DNA of 63,995 nucleotides, counting the filler, from Sphacelaria rigidula (Eukaryota), in NCBI GenBank assembly GCA_964200075.2. It is 3 parts of 3 records of this genome, joined end to end, with 100 filler letters (N's around TTAATTAATTAA, not from the genome) between each part and the next. Parts side by side here need not be neighbours in the genome. Positions count along the whole stretch, not along the records: positions 21,660 to 43,202 come from CAXNAA020000408.1; positions 43,303 to 63,995 come from CAXNAA020000501.1; 1 more part is not named here. One strand, written 5' to 3'. The stretch's first letter is position 1. Every line of letters starts with the position of its first letter. The position numbers were made by a program, and so were the translations under genes. The notes under the pieces are model-generated. The model made no database searches. It was not told the origin of the DNA and saw nothing but the letters and a program-made list of their open reading frames with translations. This document shows, piece by piece, positions 37,401 through 50,500 of the stretch.

Positions 37401-39261
37401 AGGGGGAACAACCTGCACCTGCTCCAAGCGTCACTGGACGTACCCTGCGCTCGAGCACACGAGTACCTATTCGTGCGTGGACGAGATCTACAACCAAGGT
37501 CGACAAACCACCCCTCACCAATCAACGTGCTCATGACACCGCCGTAAGGCTCAAGACTATCAGCGAGCTGAGGCGCCTGGCCCTCTACACCAACACCCCA
37601 TTGGCCGACATCGGACATCGCGAGGAGAGAATCAACTTCCTGGAATACGCCTTCGTCGCCAACAACACCCAAATCCACAGTCGTTCGGAGGGGGAGAAGG
37701 TCAAGACCATACCAAACACCTTCAAGGGGGCCATGGAGTTGCCGGAAGCGAAGCTGTGGAAGGCTGCGACTGACAAGGGAATGAAAAGCTTGCAAGACCT
37801 CAACGTGTACAAACTCGTGCCACGAACCAACGTTCCCTCGAGACAGAAAGTTATCGGCTCGAAGTGGGTCTTGAAGGTCAAGCCTGACAACACGCACAAG
37901 GCGCGCTTGGTTGCTAAAGGATGGAACCAGGTGCCAGGACGGGACTGCGGAGGGACGTTTGCTCCTGTCTGCCGACTTCAGATCATCCGCATGGTACTCG
38001 CCATCGCAGCAGAGAAGGATTTGGAGGTCATCCAGCTGGATGTCAAAACCGCCTTCCTCTACGCGGATATGGAGGAAGATGTGTTCGTCGAAATGGCTCC
38101 AGGCTACGAAAGAAAGAACAAGGAGGGACTCCAGCTCGTGATGAAGCTGGAAAAGAGCCTCTATGGGCTGGCTCGAAGCCCCCAGAACTGGTGGAAGACC
38201 ATCGACCCGAGCCAAGTGGAAACTGGATTTGTCCCGCTCAAGTCCGACACCTGCGTCTACATCTACGACCACAAGAACACGGTTGTTATTCTCACTCTTT
38301 ACGTGGACGATCTTATCATCATCGGAAGCGACATTCGAGTGATCCAGACAACCAAGAAGAAGCTGATGGACAAGTTCAGGATGACGGACATGGGAGATGT
38401 ATCGCTCCTCCCGGGGATGCAAGTATCACGCGACCGAGAACAAGGAACGCTGACCATCAGCCAGGAAAACTACACCAACTCTCTCTCGACAGATTTGGCA
38501 TGGGAAGCTGCAAGCCTCTCAGCATCCCCGGATTCGGTCCAGAGCTGTCGGTGAAACAGCCAGAGGAGACGCTACTCAACGCCGAGGATAAGCAGCGGTA
38601 CCAGGTCATCATTGGTTCCGTCATGTAGTTGGCTCAAATCACCCGGTACGACATCATGTACTGCGCCAGTCAACTTGCACGGGCGATATCGAACCCTTCG
38701 AAGATCCACATGGCAGCAGCAAAGCATCTTCTTCGCTACCTCTTCGGGTCTAGGGACTTCAGCATCATGTACAAGAAAGGAGGATTGGACCTCACGGCAT
38801 TCTCAGACTCCAACTGGGGCAACAACCCGGACAACGAAAAGTCCATGTCATCGTACATCATGATGATGTCCAAGGCGCCGGTGAGCTCCAAGTCCGAACT
38901 TCAAAGCCTGACTGCCATGTCTACTATGGAGGCCGATCTGGTGGCTGCAGCACTCGCGATGAAGGAGGTGACCTTCTGCACCAACATGATGACGGAACTG
39001 GGATTCGGGTATGAGTTGAGGAGCGCGCCACTGTGCATCGACAACACCGCTACACTCAACGTGATCGGCAATCAGACCTTCAGCGGGCGCACAAAGCATG
39101 TGGCACTACGCTTCTTCTACATCCGCGAGATCGTGAAGGAGGGGAAGATATCCATCCACTACGGTCCGACCGAGGACAGCCTCGCCGACATCGGGACAAA
39201 GCACCTCAACAAGCAACGTCACACGTATCTCATCGACAAGATCAAGAACTTCGGGACATGA
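34500..39261 (+). pseudogene. Copia gag-pol polyprotein, disrupted
   Basis: Zn knuckle CFNCEQHGHRRRDC; protease ILVNSGSSGHY (catalytic D to N); GAG-pre-integrase LWQRRLGH; integrase STDLMGP; RT KARLVAKG, LDVKTAFL, LYVDDL; RNase H FSDSNWG, IDN, ADIGTK. Stops at 36399 and 38626; frameshifts near 36595 and 38485. Confidence 0.95.
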
Positions 39262-39631
39262 CAAGCGTAAAGATCTTCAACAAGGATGTTCGACGGAGAA
39301 CTTCAATCTACAAAATTCAGGGATCACCCTGCTTTGACCTCGCGATTAGGGACTAATAGTCATCAATAGTCCGGTATTCGCTACTACGTAGTTTTGGCAA
39401 TATTTTTGCGTAGGATTATATACTTCGGTTTTTGGTACATCAGCGTATCTCTGTCTCTTGAATAAATCTTGTAGAAGATTGCATGCCATGATTTGCATTT
39501 CAAAGGTTTCCATTCCTTGCATTAAGGGGAAGTAGTCGACACAACGTATGGTCTAGGCTGCAGTATGTCTTTGGATGAATGTCAAGGATTTATTGTTGGA
39601 GCAGTATCACGAAACTTCCATTGAGGGGGAG

Positions 39632-40094
39632 TGTTATGGATTAGCAAAGCTATATGAGTCAATGTTCAGTAGTATTATAGCAGTCGAGATCTGAATGGAC
39701 ACACCGTATCTTAGGAACGTTCTCAAGAACACTAGTTGGTTCAAGTAGGCCACGTAGAACGGTACTTTGGTTCCTGGAACAGCAGTTTCCAGAACAAGCT
39801 TCTAGACTAGACTAGTCTAGAACATGCGTGTGTGTCTGATATTCTAGAAAGAGAAGAGGTGCAGCCAAGCTCGCCCCCCTGCTCTCTCACTCTGCTTTCT
39901 CTCCTGTCTTCCTCCCTAGACTGCCAAAGTCTGTCATTCTCTAAAGTCTTTGTTGGCCGCAAGCGCCCATTCAACACCAACAAGTCTACAGCAGTAGCAT
40001 CACCTGCTACCTGCAAGCTAGCTGTACAGACTAACGTCTGTCGGTGTGAGCCTTTGCCACCACCTGCTGGGAACCACACGTAAATCCCAAAATA
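39632..40094 (+). repeat. 3' LTR
   Basis: TGTTATGG...CCCAAAATA, preceded by the PPT at 39623-39631. Confidence 0.95.
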
Positions 40095-40620
40095 CCCCCC
40101 CCCCCCCCCCCCCCCCCCACACTNNNNNNNNNAGCTACGCTGTCACCCCAACGCCGGTGGGGGGGGGCCCTTTCCCCCCCCCCCCCGGAACCACCCAAAA
40201 AACCCCAAAAACCCCCCCCCCCCCCCCCCCCCACGCTATCGACGGATCGCTCAAACATGGAAATATGTAGAACATTTGACGACCCAAATGACAAGAGCTG
40301 ATATTCTTGGAACGTCCAGTCAACGGCTAATAACTGAAGTCTAGACGCCCCTCGTAAACATTCGCCTCATAATTTGGGTATGTGGGGTGTGCAAAGCATT
40401 CTTTGTTTTTTGCACGAAATAGGATTTCCGACCGCGGGTACAGAAACATGCGTTTCGCGCTAATATGGTACACAAGGGAAGCAACAGGCGGTTTAAACGC
40501 ACGATATGGGCGGTAGTACCCTGTACTTATTGCTGCGCAAAGGCATCGTCGCAAAAGCTCCGCCGATCAAACATCCGTACACAGTCTGACCAGTATATTC
40601 GTGTGCACTGCACAGTGATT

Positions 40621-40925
40621 CCGCCGCGCCCCGGTGGTGTAATGATCGGACTGTCGCCATTAGGGTGAAGAGAACGAGGGTTCGATTCCCGACGCGTTGG
40701 TGTTTCCCTCCGTGACGTCTGATGTCCACGGTGGAAAGCGTCAGAACGTGAGTGAACGAAGTAGTCGACTGAGTTTGTTTGACGTGAGTTGACGCGGTGC
40801 GGTAGTGCTGATAGTCATGACCCAATCCGCGAGACCAAAATGCAAGGCCTGTACTGGGGACAGATGGGTTGATTCCGTGAAACCACGGATTCATCGGGGG
40901 GAAAAGGGGAGGGATCCAAAGTGCC
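40621..40925 (+). mobile_element. tRNA-derived SINE
   Basis: A box TGGTGTAATGA, B box GGTTCGATTCC, conserved body, A-rich tail; several copies in the window. Confidence 0.8.
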
Positions 40926-43202
40926 ACAAATAAAATAATAATTACAATGAATAATAAAAAATAGTGATGGGCTTACACTGAGCAATGTCAGTCGATGTGA
41001 AATGAATGTGTTATCGTATGAAGAAGGAACGCGAGCGTTCGTCAGCTTTTTGACCCTTCCCACACTCAACAAAATACAGCTATTGACAACATGGCAGCAA
41101 CCCAGCAAATCCAGCAGCAGCAGGAATGCCACACGGTGTCCTTGTGTGTATGTGTGTGTGTGAGTGTGTGTGTGTGCTTGCTCGCTCTCTCTGTGCGTAC
41201 CTCGTGCCGAAAAGCGGCGCATTTCGTCCGGAACTCTCACGAACAGAGATGACGGACAGCTACGTGTGTGGTTCCAGATATTACATTATTCATCTGCGGT
41301 TACGATAATTGTAATCATCACCTGTCCCATCACAATTTTTTTTTCAAAAACTTTCTTCAGCCGACCAAGTGGCGGACACTACTTGAACCACTATAGCCAA
41401 TGGCCACTCGCATGGTGAAGAGCGTTCTGAACATGGGGCAGAACTTGCTCACCGTAACTCGAAGTGATAAAGTAGATATATGCCCAAAGTTTGTTGTTTG
41501 ATGGCATGACACTCGAAAACAGATGTAACAAGCGGTAACCCGCAGCCACGCAGTACAAATGCACCATGGCTTGCTCTTCAACTTCATGTGTGTGTTTTCG
41601 GTCGGGACGTGAAGAGTTTTGCGTTCTTATTCCCACGTGCTGCCAGCCGTGGCTCATTGGCTCCCATGCCCCACTCCTGACGGAGTCTCTGCTGCTGCAC
41701 GCTACAGAGGGATGATTTTCCAATCGCTCACCGCGTTGAGTGAGATTTCAATGCCACCTGACCCTGTTATCTCGTGCATGTGAGGGCTCATACTCTCGAC
41801 AATTATCCACGGTTTTTTAAAGGAAAGCATGCCAAATACCGCAACTTTTGTTTCCTCCGGCGGTGCTCCCGTGAGGTCTCCTCACCAGCCGAGAGGAGAT
41901 CGTTGGAGCTCGCGGCTTAGCCGCTGGTCCTCGATGTTCTGCCAGTGAATCGGCGGAGACAATCAAGTAGCGAGACATCGAAAAAGTGCTCGCTGGCGTG
42001 GCCAGTTAAACTTCACTTGCATGTTCACAGCGCTACAGATTTTTGTGCCCCATTGGAAATCTGAATGAATTACACCGAGGCGACGCACATTCCGCTCAGC
42101 TCATGAGCAGCTGCGGCTCGAGCGATGTGTTTCCGCTCCGCGCGAGCAATACGTTCCCCAGGTTCACACCTGATTGTGTAGGGTTGTGTTTCACATCTTT
42201 ACACGTGCCCCTGCCAACAACGGTGCATTTATGTTCCCCTTCGAGCTTAACACAAATCCAAGATTATTGGGGACATTGTTTTTCAAGGTTTGTATTGCAG
42301 CGACCAATCACAGGCCGTTTTGAGAAACATGATTTTGAGAGAAACGATGAGTCGTTCTCAATAATACACGGCCTTCGGCGGTTTCTTACGATTCGTCTTT
42401 TTTGGGGCCGCATTTTTCACTTCTGGGACCTTTGATACGGTTTATGGCCCCCAAACAGGGACTATCGCCATCACACATCTTGGACACTCAGCATCAGATT
42501 TGAATATTGAAATGACTGACAGTACCGACTACTCATATCGTGCACAGCACCCGTTTTTATATCTTATATACAGCACACCAATGGATTTGTAGGGCCGACC
42601 GTCAATATTACTTCCCTGGTGACACATGCGCGAGTGTGGATCGCGGTGCAGGGACGACCCTGAATCGCGGTCCCTACCTGGGTCCGCTCAGCTACTGGCT
42701 AATTTTGCCGCGAGAAAAAAAAGCTCATGCGGGCAGAAGGCACGGACAGTTGAGGATGAAGAATCATTATGTGTCGATTGCGTTTGCAGATTGGTTTTAC
42801 AAGCACATGCAGTCGTCCACGTAATGAAACAGCCGCGGTCATGTTCGGTTCCTCCGCACACGACCATGCGAGTACAATTCTGAACTCTGCCACCACGGGG
42901 TTTTCCAGGATGAAAACCTTGGGTTTTGAAAAGCGTATCCATATCTCCAGGTCTATCCCTACGTTTACACCCCTCCCCTCCGTAAAAGCTTTTCATGTAA
43001 TGGATGGCAAAGACCTATTGAGCGCCCAAATGTTGGAGGTGTCTCTAATAAGAGTAGGAATGAAGCCCGTCTCGCAAGGGATGTGTGGTCAATGGTAAAA
43101 TGCCAAGGGCGAACAACGACTAAGTAATGAGTGCCGCCTGACATTTCTTCTTCGACCTTCCTATAGCTCTTTTACCGGCACCACTTATGGATCCGTTCGC
43201 GT

Positions 43203-43302
43203 NNNNNNNNNNNNNNNNNNNNNNNNNNNNNNNNNNNNNNNNNNNNTTAATTAATTAANNNNNNNNNNNNNNNNNNNNNNNNNNNNNNNNNNNNNNNNNN
43301 NN
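43203..43302. other. Scaffold gap with artificial TTAATTAATTAA linker
   Basis: Identical 100-bp spacer. Confidence 0.95.
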
Positions 43303-43520
43303 GGATACCCCTTGGACCAGCGATCAAATGTTTTCGCCATTTTAAGCAATCAGGCCGAAGAAATCGTGAATTTGGTGATTTTGAGTCGTGATGATTTGTC
43401 CTAACCGTGAAATCTTTTCAACGACCAACCACGACAAGGGAGGATGTCGAGCGGGAGAACGAGGTGGTAGAACGGTGACACAGCACCGCAGCTTGTTCCG
43501 CGTGCGCGAGTCGCGGAGGA

Positions 43521-43695
43521 TTTGATTGATTGATTGATTGATTGATTGTCGCACTTTAACTGACCCCCCAGGGGTCCAGCCGTCGTGTCATGCTAGACGG
43601 ACCCAAGAAAAACGAAACTGAAACACGCTCTGAAGAAAAGAAGGAACAGAAAGAAAGAAACTAAAAGGTCGAACAGAACGACATGGCAGACTAAG
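43521..43695 (-). mobile_element. (ATCA)n-tailed retroposon copy
   Basis: (TTGA)n-TTGTCGCACTTTAACTGACCCCC on the + strand. Confidence 0.8.
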
Positions 43696-44339
43696 TCAAG
43701 ATCCAAACGACCCAAGACGAGCTGCCCTGCTTTTGACTTGTCGTGGTGTCGCTCTTGTTTGAGTAAAGCATTTGTGCTGCCTTGGGGCCGGGTGGCGACA
43801 ACCAAGGATTGAAAACGCGCCATTCACAGTAAAGTAGAGTTGCTGCAGAATACGTAGCATTGTAGCCTGTTCCAACAAAACTCTGTACGCAGCCCTTGGG
43901 ACCATTTCCAATCAGAGCCGGGTCTTCACTTTGGCAACACACATCTGCGATGTTTTGAAACTGGGGAAATACCACCATGCGTACGCTCGACGATGAATCG
44001 TCCGGTGTTTCGCCTCTATTGACACAGGTCGAAAGTCTTTTTTTTTTTCTTTGTCCGCCAAACGGATCCACTGGATAATGGCTTCGATCGAGCAGACGGT
44101 TTTATTTCATTCCACCGCTCCTATGACAAAACTTTCCGGCAAGAACAGCGGTTCGAAATGACAATTGATCCATGATCTAGATGGGTGACATGTCTTCACA
44201 AGCTGGCAGGCAGGCAGGCAGGCAGACAGGGGTGAAGCTTCACTTCCTCCACCCCCATCAGATTGTCCATCCACCAAAAGGGGACAGAGCGCATGAAGGC
44301 ATATATGTATATATATATATACATCCGAGAGGAACGCAC

Positions 44340-44534
44340 CTCCGAGCCGCCAGTGATTAGCGGTAGTTTCTCCCTCAGTTGTGACACCTTGAGAGAAAAT
44401 GTCACGCTTTCCGAGTCCTGCGTCTTGTACCTCCGCCCCATGCCCATCGCCCTGAAGGCTATCGAATGGATGGTCGAGCAGGTCACGTGTTTCGAGAATG
44501 TACCTTGGGCATCCCTGGCCACCGCGTTATTGAA
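44340..44534 (-). CDS. FBH1: FBH1-like exon 4 (motifs Ia/Ib)
   Basis: gctcag|FNNAVARDAQGTFSKHVTCSTIHSIAF...GGSE|gtgcgt. Confidence 0.9.
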
Positions 44535-47500
44535 CTGAGCAAGCAGACCGACGGTCGCGACAACAACGGACGGGGCAGCCAGTCACTCCTCACAGAGCAC
44601 GCGGCGGAACGCCCCACGGCCGTACTCGAAATCTGCAACACGGGGCGAGGCTGTCAACCTTGTGGGGATGAAACGTCTGCCCGACGACGCAGAAAAATAA
44701 ACACCGGGCGGATGAGCATTGCTCGGACGGACGGAAGATAGGCTCCCCAACGCCCCAACCGCGTCATATCGAAGAACATGCTGTGACAGTCTTGACGGGG
44801 TAAGGTTAGCCAATGAGACAGCGCGGCATTTTGAACACGTCGGGATTGACTTTCTTTTGTCGTGCTCCAGACATGTATAGTGTTCGAATAAAAACCTTCA
44901 CCACTGCATCTCCTCACAAAGTCTTGTGTGTTGAAGCAACCCTTACCCACTGTAATAGCTACCCTTATGGAAAATGGCACGGTACAGTAAGGAGAAGCTG
45001 GGTCAAATCGCCGAGTTGGTGAGAGGTGGGTGAAGATACAAAACGGTTTCATACTCATCGTCTGTGATGGTTGCCGTGAAATATTGCTCTCTCGGAAAGT
45101 ACACGGTTCTGACATACTGTAAGTAGGAAGCACAATACAGGGGAAATCTAGAGCCAGTCAACAGACTTGAAAGCACTCAACCCGCAACCCTCCTTCTCGC
45201 GCAACACGACAGTGATTTGTTTTTTTTACTCACTGCGATGTACAAGATCCTGAGGTGTGGCCGCGATTGAGCCCATGCCCTCAGGCAAAACGTTTTACCC
45301 GTTCCAGCGCTCGCCAAAATCTTCAATATCTGGCTCGGACCCACTTCAGAGTTCACCACCGCTCGCTGCTCCGGCGTGAGCGTGTCACACATCTGTCGGA
45401 ACTTGACTTCTTCCGGAGATTGAGAAACTCTTTGACCAGGGCCAGCCACGGCGTCGTTGACAGGCTTGTGGGGCAGCCTGAATATCGTGGGAGAGAGTTT
45501 GGGTGCTGTGGGCGTGGGGGAAACTAGAGGGCTCGGGCGTTTTTTTATTTTTTGCTCGCGAGGACAAAGGCAAAACTGCAGTAGTTCTTCATCTCAAGCA
45601 TTCTAGATGCGCACAGGGTCGAGAACTCTTCAGTAAGTTCTGAGGCTCCCTTGCCAGGGGATACGTATATTAGTAACACAAGCAAAACACGTAACAAACA
45701 TGTTCAAGGCGTTTCACGAGCAAGTCGTGAAGCTATTACACAACCATAGATAGTTGAACTGGACGGGAAGAGGTGAAACGCTTCACATGACAACATCTAA
45801 AACCGGGCACACGTATCACATGACCAGCCTTGAATCCGACGGTTTGATTATTGATTTGATGCTTGATTGATTGTCGCACTTTAACTGACGCCCCCGGGAT
45901 CCAGCCGTGGTCGCATGATAGACGTACCCAAGACAAAACTAAACTAAAACATTCGCTGAAGAAAAAGAAGGAACAGAAAAAGTCGAACAGAACGACGCAG
46001 TAGACTAAGGCGTTAAAGAAAAAAAGGGAGTAAAAGTTCAAGAAAAGAAAAGCACAGAAAGAAATGGCCGGTCTAAAAGAAAAAGCTCAAGGGATTCAGG
46101 AAATGGTAAAAGTGAAAATCTCGGATGACCATTGACTATCGCTAAAATGGGCACAGCTTTCGATCACATGGTCAGCTTTGAATCCGGCAAACGCGGGCAT
46201 CTCATAGGACCATCGTTGACCCGGGAACAACTCTCACATAACCATTTTTTGAACCGGATGACAAAAGGACCGCGCGAAAGTGGAAAATCGTACACGCCCG
46301 CCTTGAACCACTTCAGAAACACGGACAAGTGGAAAATGGCACGCATGGAGGCGGTGACGCAAGAAACCTTGAGGTAGAGGACGTTTAATCCTTCTAGCAC
46401 GATGCTGTCGGGTTCATCCCCGCACGAACAATCAATATTGAAATGACGTCCTCTTCTCGACAAGACACTGAGACGATACGTTGTTTCGAGTTACGTGTTA
46501 GGAATTGAGAACGCCAAGCTGTACCTCTTGATGTTGTACTGCTCGAGGGCACAGATGCACATAAGCAAATCTTGTTGTAGCCGGTACGCTCCCGTCCCGT
46601 TCAAGCCACTGGATTCCGTCGCTGTTCCGGCTGTTTCAAAGCCCGCTGGTGTGCCAGCAACCCTGCGTTTTCGACTCAATTTACCCAAAGACAAAAACAT
46701 CTTGCTGCACAGCTCGATGATCTGCCAGACGGGCACCCCCCGCGACTCTCCCAACCGCTGGATAGCGCAACGGCAGATGAACGGCCGAATGTCCGAGTAC
46801 GTCGTCACCAACGCCAACGCAAAGACTAGCCAACCATCCCACCGATTGTCCCTTGGAGCCTCCGGCGTTGCACTTGCCGGCGTGTCTCCCGCACCACTCT
46901 CAGGAATAGTCCCAAGAAGCTTCTTATCTGCGCACACCATGACCAACCCCTGTAGTTGCGATCTGAGGCGTGTCTCCAATACTCTTGTCCCTTCGTCTTC
47001 GCACCCAGGGGATTCCGTACGGGCCAACGAATCTGCACAATCGTGCAGCAATTCCATGCCATCTTTCCCGTTCATCCGTTGAAATTTCTTATCGGCGAAC
47101 CACTGCACCGGCGGTATCAACGACCAGTCGTCCAACGATTCATCGCCGGAGCCAACCCCGGCGGCACTGCCCTGCGTCGGCTGGGTCTGTGACGCTTGTT
47201 GTTGGGAAGGACACTGTGTTGCTTGGGAAGAAAACTGTGTTGGCTGGGAACTGCGAGATGAGTACTGGGGTCTTGGTGCAGCGCTTGAAGACGTCCGAAC
47301 GCTTGGGTCGCGCGCTAGAATGGTGTGCACCACGCGCCGACAGGAACTTCTCGCTGGTGCCACCTCTTCTGCCGCCTTGCGCCAGGACTGGCATACCATT
47401 CTGGTACTGTTGAACAACTCGGTGCTCGATATGCCCGGACTCGTAAATATCTGCGCAAGGAGGGAGCAAACCGAAACGTGTGTGTACGAGGACACGGCGA

Positions 47501-50500
47501 CATCAGCTGCTGCGGAAGTCCGCAGTATTGTCCTTGTTTCATTGTCTACACTTACAACCCCTCCCCTTTTTTCAAAATGCAAGGGATCAACCCATCTCTC
47601 CCCCAGTACACGCCTTGCATTTTGATCTCGCGGACTGAAAAAGTATTCCCGCACTGCGTCGTTCCTCGTCAGACAAGCAGCACTCAGTCGAATAAGCTAT
47701 GTTTGCGACTCACGTGCTCACGCTTTCGACGCTTTTAAGGACGGAAATCAGATCCTTTGAAGGGCAAACAAAGGACTAAAAGTATCTGGTGGGACCCGAA
47801 CGCGCGCTCTTTCCACCCTAGTGGAGTCAGTTGTACCATTTCAAATTTAGATAACCGGGGCGCGGCGGCTCAAGTGATAAGGTTTTGTATAGCACGCCAT
47901 CCGCCCTCACTGGGTAGTGTGCTATAGCAGACGTAATTGTGGGATGAAGAACCCTCGTCACAATTCACGAGATCCAGGTAGCTGATGTGTCTTGATCTCC
48001 TGGCGTAAGTTCCACTCAGGATGACTTGACATTGGCTGCTGCTTTGTCGGGTTCGGATCTACGACGTAGCATTTATTGCTTTCTGCGATAAACCCCAACG
48101 CCTGTCCGCTGAGCAAACGGGACAAGCGAAGTGACATTGTACTATTATAGTACTAGTCGAAACTATGAATATTATTTTCCAGTACACACGGAGAGTACTT
48201 TACCCACCATGCGGGCGAGCGGCATGCCATCATTTCACACCCTGGACAATAGAATACACAGTCAAAAAGTGTACTGCGTACAGTATCGACTATTGCGCCT
48301 ATTGCNNNNNNNNNNGTATGGAATATGTTGCCTATTGCAATAGACAACATATTCCATACTGTACGCAGTACATTTTTTGACAATATAATCTATTGTTCAG
48401 GGTGTGCATCATTTCCTAGCAACCAGCAGGCCATTAACCTTTTCACCGCCTGCGTGGATCATCTACTGAATCGACATAATTTTCACTTGAAAAATGAGCG
48501 TGAGACTCAGATCGCCCACCCTGGCGGTTCAAGTTATTATTATTATTATTTTTAGAGCACAGAATCGAAAGGACTTACTTGTGGAGTGGGAAGTGCACTT
48601 GAGTAGCCATCACCACCTGCACCTTCCTACCAACATCGAATGAACATAGCACCTGACACAATGACATCGGCCCTACCGCCATCACGGTAGAAATGTAAAA
48701 ACCACGGACAACAGAACGGGACTTTCCAATAAAGTATTGTTCCGAAACGGGTTCTCGCGACGGGTATCAGTAGCGCCCGCCCGCCGGCCAGGTAGTTGAC
48801 TTCTTCTTTCATTTATTGCCGGACGTTCGGAATAACTGCTCTCGATGGAGAAATGACGCCTATATACAGAGAAGACCTTCGCCATGCAAATGTCGCACTT
48901 GACGGCACAGTCACTCGTGCATAAGCCGGACCAGCCATACTTGCCGCGTCACAACTTCAAATAATACTGTACGGTATAGTAGTCGCGATCGAGGCAACAG
49001 CAGTAGCACAGACATGTCATCACTACACTCAACTGTTATGTTGCGGAACAGCGGAAGTGCGTGGCGTATTTGGTGGGGGGTGTACGTGCTGCAGACGAGC
49101 GCGTGCAATTGTGCAGTGTTCTGTTTCCGGGCCGGAGATGTGCAGAAATTGCTCGCCCCCTGCTCCGTCTCGAAAGGGATCCGTGATCAATGGTCAAACG
49201 ACTAAGGCAAGCAACAAATGAGTACGCCCCCCCCCCCCACCCCTCCCCCACCTCCAGAACAGCCAAATTAACAGAACGAGCACAAGTTGACAGACACACA
49301 CAAGGATGCGCATGGAACTACAGTAGGGACCTTTTCCCCACAAACCCCTGTTTCTACCATTATAGTGGCTATATGCTGCTGAGCCTTCGTCAGACACGGC
49401 GAACAACAACCCCAACGCGCCCTCTTAACGACGTTCAGCTGTAATCATATGTGTCAAAATTGAATATCGAAGTACATTTTGTCAAGTGCCCGGACGGCCA
49501 ACCAGCGGCAGATCCTTCAAGAGTCAGCAGGACTGTCGGACCTTCCGGTTGGACGTGGGCACTGAAAGGGATACTGTAACCCTTTGCTCGCCCCAAGATT
49601 CTGTTCCGACAATTTGCGGTCTCCTTCGCGTCGCGCTGTTGGGGCGCCGGAGTCCGCACCTCGTTCACCTAGACCTCTTTCTGCTCTGCCAGAGTAGTGT
49701 AGTGCTTGCTCACTGCTGTACTGTCGGTGCACTGTGTTCTGTGCGCTGTACACTGTACAGTTGTGGATTGGACTGTTTGGCGTGTGACGTTGCGGCGGGG
49801 GCCGCTGTTTGATGTGAAAAATGACACATTTATGTTTTCATCAGCTTCACATGAACATAGACTAGCTCACATACAGAACCAAAACCGGTATCAGACCCGC
49901 GACAAAGTTCGAAAAAAGAAATTACGAGCACAAACGCCATGACTCCACGAACCACGCCACATGGAGCACCCGTGGGCAGGTACTAGCTGCTGAAAATGGG
50001 GTGCATAATCCCGTTGGAGTACCATATGCGCCAAGTTATGCGTAAAACTTGGCTTTTATGCCTGTTATGCTGAAATCTCCAAAAACATATGTTTTTCAAG
50101 AAACGCATATGCTTATGCGCAAACCCCATTTTGTGCGAAATTATATGCGCGCATAAAAAGCAAAAGCCTAAATATTATAGTAACCACAGCGTAGCAGTGA
50201 CCAATCACAGGTCGTCAATCGTTCCATTTTCTTCATGTTATTTTTCGGGTCCGCCGTCAAAATTTTGGAGGCACCCGAATGTTTCAATGTTTTGAACAGC
50301 GATCGCACACGCGATCCTCCGTGAATATGGTACCAGTTCATACTTCGTACCTTGTGCAATATCGACTCGGGGATAGCTGCCCATCCCTCCTCATTTACAG
50401 CCAGCCGTGCCCGCTTGGAGGGTGCAGCAGGATTACTGTCGGGGCTCTCCCAGGCCGTGTACGCCGTACTGGAGGAGCTTCTGCCGTGCTGACATAATGC

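Larger units (their letters stand above)
33206..40094 (+). mobile_element. Full-length Ty1/copia LTR retrotransposon, inactivated
   Basis: Two LTRs of about 464 bp, CCCCC on both flanks (TSD), PPT GAGGGGGAG before the 3' LTR, domain order gag-PR-IN-RT-RH. Confidence 0.97.

Noticed and set aside
37394..38422. 342-aa antisense ORF in copia
   Set aside because: Shadow of the codon-biased RT frame; no independent motifs
40095..40232. Apparent third, degenerate LTR end rich in homopolymers
   Set aside because: A base-call-corrupted duplicate of the LTR 3' end next to a poly(C) run and gap, i.e. an assembly artefact; 2972-3057 and 6405-6570 look the same
40627..40700. tRNA gene (also 17315-17400 on the - strand)
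   Set aside because: Has A/B boxes but no proper acceptor or anticodon stems, and continues into a shared repeat body, so it is a SINE head
43691..44071. Next helicase exon (126-aa ORF)
   Set aside because: No phase-0 acceptor giving helicase motifs; the ORF runs into a retroposon copy
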